A program made the translations under genes and the position numbers. Shown one piece after another: positions 1-11,905 of a stretch of DNA of 64,000 bases. Within the stretch, counting starts at the first letter, position 1, and the number at the start of each line of letters is the position of its first letter. Origin of the DNA: Lingula anatina. Its lineage: Eukaryota > Animalia > Brachiopoda. Under the pieces are notes generated by a model that did not search any database, had not been told where the DNA came from, and saw only the letters and a program-made list of their open reading frames with translations. The stretch spans positions 48,276,788 through 48,340,787 of the forward strand of contig CM120640.1 in NCBI GenBank assembly GCA_051362555.1, given 5' to 3'.

Positions 1-1425
1 TTGTCCTTGACACTCCCCATGCTATAATATTATTTTTAGGGGAGAGTAACAATGCACGCATGTTAACAACCTAATGGGGAGTAATGATGCAGGGATATTG
101 AAAAAAAAAATGACCACATTGTTTCTAACAAAACATTTTCTTTAGGACCATTATACAATCTACCAGTAGTGTCTTATGGGTCCATTAAAGCTGCATGTAC
201 CCATTTCTTGGCTGAAGACGCACACATTTTAAGTCTGAATATAAACACTAACAGGTTAAAGAAATTAATAACTTGACAGCAGATGTCAAAGTTTACAATA
301 AAAAGAATTAAATGTCCCTACAAATCAATTTTCTTATAATGATTGATCGATCCATCTAAATGCCGAGGAAACAAGACTAGTGCAAGACATTATTTAAGTG
401 TGCCAGAATTCTGTTATTCTGTTATATCTATAAAGGCATTTATTTCTAATACTTAATTGGTCTAAATGTGGCAAAATTAAGCCTGAGCTAATCAATGAGA
501 TCCACCCTACCATGTACTCAAATCCTCAGAGCAGAGCACGTACACAAACACAAACAATCCTTCCATAACCACTTGAAGGATGTTCTTGTGTCTGTTTCCA
601 TTTGGTACTTAATAAGCTTATTCCGCATAGATTTATGGTCTGTGAATTATTTGTATAAGGGCATATACAGCTGTTAACACATGTCTTTATAGATCAGATA
701 CAGTGCTCTGTAATGGTAAGGTTGAAGATTACATACACAGAATAGCACTTACAGATCTGGATAAACACATGAACTGAATATCAAAGTGGTGAAATGCACG
801 AAATAGTATCTTCCAATTATCAAATTCATAATATATGGCATAAATTGACCAAACAAAAACATGTCAAATTAACAAGAATGTTGACTCTGTAAGAAGATGG
901 ATACAATAGATGCATCAATTTCACAGAAACAGTTTATGCAAGGTTTTTATTACAGTAAATACAGTAAAATAGTTTTGAACTTGATTTTGAAAAAAAAAGT
1001 CTGTCTTTATATTCTTCTTAATAAAAAATATAGAAAAAGTCTCCTGAATAATGAATAATCCTAAAAAATTAATAATCTCCAGTTTAAATAAATTTTGTTG
1101 GAACATGCCTGTAGTCTTCACAAGTAGTGACAATTGACCAAAGGTGACAATTAAGGTAAAAAAGTTGATTGCAAAGTATGGGAGTTAAACAGGAATATTA
1201 ATTGTTTTAATAACATTACTCTTTCTTGCTATACCAATTGTTATATACTTGCATAATTTGCAAACATGTAATGTTTGAAAGAGCTCATGAGTGCTTAAAT
1301 TAGGTAGCTCAGTCAATGTCTTCTGTGAAATAAAATTGACTTATCTATCACAGTCTGTCGTTAGTGCTGAGATTTTGCTTTGACCATAATCACAGAAGAT
1401 TTCCAACATACCAGTAGGATTCAAT

Positions 1426-1709
1426 GAGCGCACTCAGAACAGATGATCCATGGACTTACTGATCTGGCGACAAAATATGGCTGACCCCACTTAAAAGCGA
1501 TGCCGCTAATTCCATGATGGTCTCCCCACCTCCAATCGTGTCGTTGCTGTATGGGCCTCAAAATTAAACCTTGGAGCCAAGGTTTTATTTGTTTAAAATG
1601 GTGGTTGTGGAGGTGGGGAGACCATCAGGGAATTAGCAGCATTGCTTTTAAGTGGGCCACCCATATTTAGTCCACAGATCTGTTAAATCAACTTATTCTG
1701 AATGTACTC
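1426..1709. mobile_element. Palindromic MITE family A, copy 1 (PIF/Harbinger-like, 3-bp TSD AAT)
   Basis: Termini GAGCGCACTCAGAACA...TATTCTGAATGTACTC. Long internal inverted arms (cccacttaaaagcgatgccgctaattccatgatggtctccccacctcca / tggaggtggggagaccatcagggaattagcagcattgcttttaagtggg). AAT at 1423-1425 and 1710-1712. Homologous copies at 7176-8281 and 9311-9513. Confidence 0.85.
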
Positions 1710-4700
1710 AATTTCTAACCACCCTGTCCTGAATGTTAAAATGGATGGCTGTCTCGATCAGACTTGCTTTGTTTACATAAGGAATCACACAGCCATGGGG
1801 AAATTTTTTGATACAGCATGGACCTTACAGTAATAATTGATTGCATAATGTCAATGTATTTGAATAATACTGACCAATTTTATCAAGGACTGGTTTCATA
1901 AAAGAATTTAGTCAGAAGTTGGCATTATCTATAATGACAGAAACAGAACAAAAATTTTGTTCCACTTTGAGATATGGGATTAAATCAGTGGTAGTCCACT
2001 AGAATAGCAGCTGTCTTTCCTACATATTAACCACTTCATCCTTTCTTCGAAACAGGCCCAAGATCCCCTTTTAATTTCATAAGTAGACTAGCTACCATTG
2101 ATTTATCCTGAGGCAAATATGACTAAAAATTTTCCATTTCTAAGCAAGGCCAACCTATAACTTTAATTATGTACTTTTTATAAACTGGTTCCTAGTTTTT
2201 TATTTGAAATAATGGGAAAGCACATCGCACAGTAAAAAACAAGTAAATGAAATTATCAAAGGCAAAACAATCATTTTAAGTCATGAATACCTCTGAAGTG
2301 AACCTAGGCTGAAGACTAATCTAATTTTTCTGTTCACAATGACACTTGATTCTCTAGGAATATACAAATAATCACCCTTTTCTTTTTGAAAAACACAATG
2401 CGCAACAACAAATGAAAGAAATTATCTCATGAGAGTGCTTGGCAGTAGCTTTACCAGCAACTGGCAATACTGAAGGATTACTAAGCACTTATAGCCAAAA
2501 GAAGTCTCTTGGCATTTTGCTTTTTATTGATTTCAGGAAAAAAATTAACTCTCTCCAATGACCATTCCAACTACTTACTCAACTCTTTTCATGCCCATAT
2601 TACAAGTCTCTAAAACTATGTATCTTTGTCAATTATGTCTCTCTCGTTACAAACATTCACACTGTGACACAAATGAACACACACACACTGTGATACACAC
2701 ACATATGCACCCACCCATTTTGACCATTTGCTTTTCACAATCCTTTTTTGAACTCATGAAAGTAGTCTTTAGACCTTTACATGAAGAATGCATTAAAATG
2801 GAAAATTCTCCATCATACCATAATGCAATGTTCGACACCAACATCCAGAGTTGATCGGCTGACAAATTGTGGGAGCACACCACATCAGTTTAGATTCAAT
2901 TATGAAGGTACATGAGATAGCAGAGGGACAAGATTGAGATAGAACAGGGGCAAGACTGAGATACCCCGGTAGAAGAATGGCAATATTTCTTTTTGTTCAA
3001 CAGCAGCAATGTTATTCTACAAGATGCCCCAGGCACATACAAGTCATACAAAATAATCTGGATTGCATGGTCCTAGTGTGTATATTTTGTTTTGAACCTA
3101 AAAACATCCCCATGAAACACCTAGAGTGGATAACCCCTATTTCCCAAATGATATTTAGTTGTCATTTCTCTGAAAATCCAGTTAAAAGGGAAAATGAAAT
3201 ATTATCTTTTTCTATGGTTCATTAGATTGATGAAGAGTCACAATTTCATTGACAAAAGGGTGTATATGTCAGGACAATATTGATTAGTGTAATGAAAAAA
3301 TCCCACGGCCTGTCTTTGCTCAATTGGCTTCCTTCAAGAGAAAGTCTATCAATTCACATTTGGTATTAAACCCTTCGAGGTGCATTTATATCAGAATTTG
3401 AAGAAATGCAATAATTAATAAAACGTGGTTTATTTAAGGCAATTTTGATCATTTGAAAAATGTTTTGAATGAATTACCTGTAGGTATTCAAAATAGAGAA
3501 ATTTTAATAGAATATTCAACCAGTTGCATAATTTAGTTGAACCTCTTCCATCATCAACAGCAATACACAAAACTAAGGTGCAATTGGTTGTTTTACTTTA
3601 AATATATCTATATAGGATAATTCAATATAGCTCAAGTCACAAATTTTAGTTAGACGTTACTAGATTTTCCTGTGCTACTCATAATTTTTTTCTTGAATTT
3701 TTGATATTTTAAAGAACAAACTTTTTTCTCAGCTCTTTCAGATAATAGGGTAGATAATAGGGTATTTCCCCAGACGTATCTTACTAATAAGGCTGATTCC
3801 TGAGCAGCGGTCCGGCCCTTCCCATAAAAAGGGATGATTGCCATCATTTTCAAACTTCTGGCTACATACCTGAGAAAAACATTAAGACAGTCCAGAATCT
3901 ATTACCAAGAATGTTCTATTGAAATCTGACTAAAAACAAACTGTCAGAAGTCAAAATAATGTCTCTGATTGCAAAAAGAGGACAAAGCAAAGTTATATAT
4001 CATTAAAAATCTAATAAAAATGTCCATAATGGTTGACTTAATGGGTTTTGAATTATTTTTTAAAATACCTTTCTTAAAGTTATGTAATTATAATTTTAGT
4101 GTAAAAAAAGATGGGATAGGGAACTCAGAGGTACCAAAATGATCACTTATGAATATATAAAATGATTTGAATTTTACGAGGTTCTTTATTTTCAAGCATC
4201 TGAGCATTTTGGTTGAATGATCAATACCATTGAATGGGTGTTGTGTTGATATTATGCAGCTTTGCAAATATTACAGTGGTTTCAGAAAGGTAATCTAAAG
4301 TAAACCCTCACTTAGTGGCAACAAACCAAAGATGTACAACATGATTTATACATTGTACCTGTACACAAAGATTGCCCACTGCTTTTGCTAGGCTTTTGTG
4401 CATTCCTTATTCCCTGAAATATAGATAACTTCAATCAAACAAATTCCGTAAACTGTCAAGTTAGGCAGGAAGCATCTTGTCAACAGACAGGCAATGTCAG
4501 AAACATATTACAACATAAAAGGTTTTCATTCCCTATGCATATATTCATTAATTCTAGAACCAAGAAAAAGCCAGTACCACTCCAACAGCAGATATGTCAG
4601 AGTTCGCCGACTTCAGATATCGAAATTAATCACATTCGTTTGGATTTTTTCCTTCACTAGAATCAAAGAGGCACAGGGGAATATTCCTGTATAGGACAAT

Positions 4701-6458
4701 CTCAGGTGAACCACATAGGCTCACTTGTTAGTTGGAACAGTTGCTATTGATAGACTAGCTTTCATTCGAAGCCAATTCCCAACCCTGTTTATAGTGGTTT
4801 CCCAGTTGATTTGCATGTTTTTGGCAAGCAAGAGATAAAAGAGCAAGCCTAAAATGTTTTTTTATTTACTACGGATAAAGTGATAGAAGAAACCAAAATG
4901 AAGAAATTGAAGATGTGAGCCTGTGATATGATATATCTGAACTTGATTTTAAGTCCAAGAAAACTTAATTCAAATTTCTTGTACATTGTACAGGCCAATT
5001 TGAGAAATTCATTCAGGTTCAGCATTTTTGCCAAATGGTAAACATCAAGATATACTTAATTATTATATAATAAGCATAGCAGATCTTGTATCCAGAAATG
5101 TGAGGTCTGATAAATTTTAATATCAACCGATGACATTATCACCAATCATTATATCAACCTAAGGTGTAATTGCTGTAATAGCCAATCACAGAAAAAAGAC
5201 ATTATTTATCAGACAAAAGCAAAGCAGGATGACAGGGCTGCAACTTCTGACATATCTTGGAGGCCACTAACATCCAGGTATTATATCATAAAATAAAACA
5301 AAAACTGACTCTAATTTCCATCAATATGTTGTTTTCCAGACCTCAGAAAGTCGGGCAATGCATATATAATTTAAGGTCACCTAAGAACAGCAATCAAAAA
5401 CTGCATAATTGGATTCTTTCATTAGGTCATATTAAAAATTGTTTATATTATATGTTACATTATGTTGTGTAATTTCAACTAACAATATCTATCAATGTGT
5501 TCTAAACAAAATTTTAATTTCACTTAAATTCGAAAGTTTTGATTTTAAAACATCCTTGTATCAACCTTCAGAGAGCCATGTGGAAGGAAAGTTAACTTAC
5601 CCTCTTTAAATATAGTATATTGTTTTATCATTTTACTGAACTATTTTAACCAAGCATTTTGGTAGCATTTTCTATAAAATCAAACTATTTAAATGAGAAG
5701 TTAACCTCAACAATTATTTCAGAAAGTATTACTGATGTCCAGGTTGGACTATTTTTTAAGTGCATGAAATAATTGGGGTAATCATGCCCCCTATATTGGA
5801 GGCTGATATCAATTAGTATTTATAACTCGGGCACAGTAAATGTCACTAATAACATGCTATTACTGTTCTAAAAACAAAATTAAAGATGAAAAACACTTTC
5901 ACACAACTTGCCCCTGTACAATGACCTGCAAACAATATTATATAAGGTATTTACAAAACACTATACACACTTTGGTCTCAGAACGACTGATGAAAAGTTT
6001 ACCATCATTATGAAGTCCCAAGAAGAAGAAACCCTCACTGCACTAGCTTAATTTCTCTTCTCCACTTTTGCTAGGAGGGATCTAGAAGTAGTAATAGAAA
6101 CTCAAGTTAATTTTTTTAGTAAGTAAATAGTCCTACACATTGTAATTGCTTTATAACACATTCACTAAAATTATGTTTATATTGTCATTTTCATCCACCC
6201 AGGTGGATGCATATGTTACAGTGAATAAACTAAACTAATAGTAAAGGACAATGGTACATGTATTAAGACTATGCATGTACTTTACCAATGTCAGTTGACA
6301 ATATCGCCTGCAAGAATCTTAAGTTCAAGGTTGATTATAACATCTAGCTATAAAAAAAGGAAAACATGCAATCACATCATGCAAGTTATCAATTTCTAAG
6401 TAAGTGTACCCATGTGCATGCATCTAAGCAAAACTGCTCAACTTCTGTATCTATCCTA

Positions 6459-6668
6459 CACCCCATTTCCATAGATTAGATCGACCTACTTTAGATCGAC
6501 CTAACTCCCTGGGGGTTCACGCTAAATAGCTGTCAGCCAGGCAAACACGAAAGTTAATTACCCCCTTACAGCTTGTAGTAGGCGGGACGGACATTTAAGT
6601 CGGATTATCTGAATCTAGTGAGACTCCCCGCAGGGATAGATCGATCTAAAATCTATGGGAATAGAGCC
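6459..6668. mobile_element. MITE family B, copy 1
   Basis: Imperfect TIRs ccccatttccatagatt...tagatcgaccta / tagatcgatctaaaatctatgggaatagagcc. CpG-rich relative to flanks. The core agttaattacccccttacagct (6552-6573) recurs inverted (21/22) at 59068-59089. Confidence 0.7.
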
Positions 6669-7215
6669 TTAAATATACATGGTATAATGTACCCAAATGC
6701 AATTAAGTGCAAACATGCTTCATCCCTCAAAGACTTCTTTAGAGTAGTCAAGTCAGGAAAATAAAAAAAATTTAAAATTATTATATTGTAATGTAGAAGG
6801 AAAATTTTCTTATGTACAAAGGTATGTTCCTAGTAAACCCGAAAGAATTCTTGGATTCGTTTTTTAACAGGAGCTGCTGTTATCATTCTAATTATAAATA
6901 ACAAACCACTATAGTGTCCTTAGTTTATTGTTGGACCTAAAAATTATATAGCCAAATTAAAATTTTTCTGGAATATTTGGCACCTTTCCCTGAATGATTT
7001 AAGTACATGTATATAGCATTCAAAACTGTTCACAGATGCATGATCAACATGTATAAAGTTCAACTTGTTCTTGAATTTTTTTTTTTAGTTACTCGCATGC
7101 ATGGAGATGATAAATGTTAAGCCTCTACCAGGGCCACAGATTGATTTTTCACTAGATATTCACAGATATGTCTCTGGTCGCACTGAGAACAGATGATCTG
7201 CCGACTAAACATGGC

Positions 7216-8046
7216 CAGGCCTTCCCAACTACCAGACTCGGCACCTACGGGTCCAGTATAAACCGGTTTATCTGACCACACTACCCGTTTTCAAGGTGTG
7301 TGTCAGATCGCATAAAAGAGTATCAGCCACCACACCGATTTTACCTGGTGCGCGATGTGATGGCGATGATCCTAGTAATAGATAGACCCCGAGTCAGCGA
7401 GGGTTATGTGGCATGCACGAGTGCGAAGCACGAGTGGATGTCACATAACCCTCGCTGACGAGGGATCTATCTTATTTAGACCACGGGTCCATTAGCGGGT
7501 TATAACGCATTCATGCAAGACGTGCGGTTATGCGAGTTACACCACGTCTGAATCTTTTGTTCTTCACTTCCACCGTGGTCTAAAGCGGGGTCGGAAAGTA
7601 GTGCATCTCATCTACATTCATGCGCTGCTGCAATTTTCCCTGTTTATGCTAAAAATCTGACAATACCGCAATTTTTAACATAAAATTTAGGTTCGAACAT
7701 AGCCAATGATCTGTCGGGGGTTAAATATTTTCTGGACGAGATTCAGTGAGTCGTCTGTCGCCATGTTGTCACTCGGAACTACACCAATGTCTCCGCACTC
7801 GACAATAGTATGGAGCTTGCGGAATGAGCCGAGGATTGCCGATTTCCATGTTGTTGTATTCATACGACTCCTACTTGACGAAAACGAGGCGCGATACCCG
7901 GATGACAGGTAGGCTTACAAAATTTGTGATGGGGTATGATACTCTTTTATGCGATCTGACACACACCTTGAAAACGGGTAGTGTGGTCAGATAAACCGGT
8001 TTATACTGGACCCGTAGGTGCTGAGTCTGGTAGTTGGGAAGGCCTG
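7216..8046. mobile_element. Young non-autonomous DNA transposon, 110-bp TIRs, CAGG...CCTG termini, 5-bp TSD (hAT5-like by inference)
   Basis: 7216-7325 and 7937-8046 are reverse complements at 109/110 positions. ATGGC is duplicated at 7211-7215 and 8047-8051. No recognisable transposase ORF; CpG-rich interior. Confidence 0.92.
7381..7471 (+). repeat. Long hairpin (44-nt arms) with GCGAAGC cap and tandem G-A mismatches
   Basis: Arms 7381-7424 and 7428-7471 with GAA loop. 37 Watson-Crick pairs, two CGAG/CGAG tandem mismatches, plus one each of G.T, G.G and C.A. Confidence 0.9.
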
Positions 8047-9310
8047 ATGGCCGACCCCACTTAAAAGCAAGCCACCTAATCCTCTGATGGTCTCCCTGCC
8101 TCCACACATACGTGCCATTAAACAAATTAAAATAGGTTTACTTGCTAGGCCCCTGCAGGGACTAGGCGTGTAGAGGCAGGGATACCACCAGCTGATTAGT
8201 TGGCACTGCTTTTCAGTAGGTCTGTCATATTTGATCTGCAGATCTGTTAGTCCTGTGGATCAACTTGTTCTGAATGAGTTCTCTGGCTTATTCTATGATC
8301 TTTCCTACACTGTGACCCTGTGCAGAAGACCAAATTACAGGATTGGTCACTGTACTCTGTCACTGCCGCTTGGCATATCTCTGCCAAGTCCCTCTGACAG
8401 TTAATGGTTCTGATCTTGACAGTTATTGCTCTGATCTTGATTGCTTGCTCTACTATGACAGATACCTTCCTTACTATAGTGCTTGGTTTACCAGACAGAT
8501 ACGGGCAGACAGATTATGTAACAACTAACAAGTGTTTTGCACCTGCTTAGCACTGTTCCGAGCTGCTGACAATGCAGAAACAAAATTTCCAGGATTTTTT
8601 CATTTGCTTTATAATGGTGCAACATGTATTGTGTGCCTATGAAGGGTTGTGAAGTTTCAATGCTACTACAAACTAATTACAGACTAGACCAGAAAAGAGA
8701 AGAACAACTTACCCAGTAACTTAGTACAAACAAATGAATAAACTTTTTTATTGAATGCATTATGGCTGCACAGTATGCAGGACTGGTTAATAAAATCTGT
8801 TCTACATTATCTAGTGATAATAAAGAAAAGGTAAGTATCCTGTGTGTTGGTATTCCATATTCAATCAAACATGGATTAATTTTCAATAAAAAAGGAAGGT
8901 AGAACACCCTTGGGCAGTCTCATGGTACTTACAAGCAGTGTGTTCCACACTTTTAAAGTAATAAGCTACATAAAGGGACCTGTGGCTCAGTACTTATAAC
9001 ACCTATTCTTATAACAAGCCAAGACATATACACAAAACAAATTAAACCCTCTTGGGAATGTATAAATTGGTAGTTTTTTTCTCCAGAATCATATTAGTTT
9101 GTCTTAAAATGGTTTAGTTACACTCAACAGCTTTTAACAGGTAGAAAACTCTCACAGATCTAATGTTCTTATATGATTAAAAATAGTCTATTGCCATGAT
9201 ACATGAAGCTAACTTTAAATGAATATTGCGAATTTGTCATTTAAGTATAGATAAATTTCAAATATCTGTTTGTAGGTAAATGCATAGGAAATAATTTAAT
9301 GAATGATTAA

Positions 9311-9513
9311 GAGGCCATTCAGAACATATCTATAGATCCACGAATCAAATGTGGCAGACCCTACATGAAAGAAGAGCCAACTAATCCGCTGATGGTCTCC
9401 CCATCTCCACACGCTCTGTCCTTGCAGGGGGCTAGCAATTAAACCTCAGAGCCATGATTTAAACCATTTAATGGCGCATGTAGATCCTTGGAACTTCTGT
9501 TCCGAATGGCCTC
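9311..9513. mobile_element. MITE family A, copy 3 (internally deleted, TSD TAA)
   Basis: TIR GAGGCCATTCAGAACA / TGTTCCGAATGGCCTC. TAA at 9308-9310 and 9514-9516. Internal ctaatccgctgatggtctccccatctccacac is shared with copies 1 and 2. Confidence 0.85.
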
Positions 9514-11870
9514 TAAGTCTTGATATAGATTGTAAACATATAGCCACTGCAGGTAGGCCACTTGAAACATGAAAAATATAACCACTAAGTAAATATCACC
9601 ATCCTTAAAAAGCACCCTGACATAGTGAGTATAGTATGGATCCCATAGTTTCCCACTAGACTTTTCAAAATGGGAAAATAGCATCTGGATTTGTAAAAAT
9701 AATCAATTCTCTAGTAAAGTGACACAATTTTATATCCAGCACAACTGTAATTGGAGTCAATGAAGATGAGTTATCAAATCAACAATTATTATGATGAGGA
9801 AAATAGCTGGATAGAATTTCCATTCATTGGTAAAATGGAATAATTCATTTAACTCAATATCTGTTGAAAATATTGATATGAAACAAATATAAAATACTTA
9901 CAAGGATAAAAATTATTATAATTATGTACTTTTCAATAATTGCCCTGGTAAACTTCCATCCCATTCTACAATTATGGACTGTAATAAGTTGCATATCACC
10001 CCCCCCCCCCTCCCTTGTGAAGGTGATATTTAAAAAATTGTTTGAGTATTTTGCAGTAGTAGATACAACAGTAATCCTTTTGACTCAAGTCTCAGAGTTA
10101 CTCCTTCTCTCCCCTTGGTAAGACATGACAAATGATTATTTTAACAACCTGCCAATATCCTTAAGAATATTTTTCAATCACATTTCTTTTTAATCTTACT
10201 TTTTGATCATACTTTATTGATCAATAAACTTTTTATACTTTGTGAACCAAGTTGCCAATGACATTCTTCCTCAACGTGAAACCAGTTCATGATTGATTAC
10301 TTTGGGTTATGCTTAGTGCTCTTAGTTGATGGAATGTGACCTATAATACTAAGATTATCTAGAACATGTGATTTCTTCATTCAAGGAAACTGTGCTGCAA
10401 CCAAGCCATTATTGTAATGGCAGATTCTTAATTCAAGCAAGAACCTTTTTCTTTCAAAAATGACTGATTACTTAAAGGTCGGAATCAGGGCAGGTCTAAC
10501 AAAAAACAATGTGAACTCCACCATTTGTATGTATTCATCATTTGTGTAATCTCAGAGTGGAGTTGTTAGTGGAAGGATCAGGAGGGTGAACAGACCCAGT
10601 GAGGGCATGCCTTGGTACCTCATTGTGCTCAGCAAGGCTCAAAATCAAAGCGTCCTCTTTCTATATTAGTCAGACAACAGGTTTTGGTGCAACCAAGCCA
10701 TTGATTTGAATGGTCCCTGCTGGTGAAAAGTTACTTGTCATCTAAGATGTGATTTCTCATATAATGAAACTATACTGACAGTCATACAGTCACTTTCCAT
10801 TTCAATGAGATTCAATCCAGGCACCTTCATAAAAATCCCTTAATGCTGCCTATTACAGAAACAACAATTAGGAAATAATTGGAATGATCAGATTGATCTC
10901 ATGAATGATGTATTCTTATACAACTTTATTAGAAATATCACATTCAAAGAATCTGATGAAGTTATAGGACAAACAGACGAAGGCAAAAAATTATGAGCTA
11001 TAAGACAAAGGAGTCAAAATACTGCTGTTTTGGTCTTGGCATGAAATTGGAATTTTATATGGTATTGTATATACTGTGGACACAACTAAAAACTACTTAG
11101 GTGGTTCATATGCATTACAGACTTGCTAGATGTATATTTTATGTATCACAGATTTTCCTTTACTGCTTTAGAAGTGTAAAGTTGGATTCACTGGTGACAG
11201 CACTTATTACACTACACGTAACTATGCTGAGCAAATGGCACGGCACCACTTTTCTAAAGAACAGTAATCAGTCCAAGTAGTAAATGTGAGTCAGACAATA
11301 ATGCAGAAGTACATGCTGAGCACTATGTACAAGCAGTGACTTTGTTTAGAGATTTCTCTTTAAAGTGTTCATCAACATTCCCATGTAACTGTAATCACTT
11401 TAGATGGCCAATGCTAGCTTACTAGCACCCGTCCATCCGATATGCCAGTTAACACCTGAATTATTTACATAAACATGCTTGCTGCTGTACAGTATATTAT
11501 TAAATAAAGCAGTTAGTCTCATTTGAGTGCCTGGCATGATCTGATTTATCTACAATTCTGAAAAACTAAGCATAATGAAACCAGATTAAATACCAAGGTT
11601 AAGGACATTGTGTAGAACAACAATGCTGTAAACAAACATAATGAATGAAAGGACCTTTTTTCCCATTTTAATGATTATAACATGCCTGTCTTAACTGTCG
11701 GACAGCAATGACAGACTAATATAAGTAATTTGTATGAATCAATCAACTTTTTTATCATTTAATTATCAATCAGCATTGGGCAGCATTCATTAAGATATGG
11801 TTGTTATTATATAAGCTAAGTTTAATATCAATTAAACATCAAATGCCCATTTTGTCAACAGGTGACTTGA

Positions 11871-11905
11871 CAGATTGGAAAGATACCAGATTGGAAAGAT
11901 ATCAG
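11871..11905. repeat. 16-bp tandem duplication
   Basis: cagattggaaagatac cagattggaaagatat cag. Confidence 0.8.

Larger units (their letters stand above)
7176..8281. mobile_element. MITE family A, copy 2 (3-bp TSD TCT), interrupted by a nested 831-bp element
   Basis: Left end ggtcgcactgagaacagatgatc and right end ttgttctgaatgagttc match copy 1. TCT at 7173-7175 and 8282-8284. Removing the insert restores aaacatggc|cgaccccacttaaaagc, matching aaatatggctgaccccacttaaaagc in copy 1. Confidence 0.85.

Noticed and set aside
185-250. TTAAAGCTGCA Kolobok-like start and a CTGAAGAC...GTC hammerhead-like core
   Set aside because: No matching other terminus found; GAAA and stems I/III are missing.
8983-9000. 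TGGCTCAGT A-box-like motif (tRNA/SINE)
   Set aside because: No B-box or cloverleaf downstream.
11862-11905. Possible 44-nt micro-exon between caacag and gtaata
   Set aside because: Weak pyrimidine tract, content explained by a 16-bp duplication, and no informative peptide.
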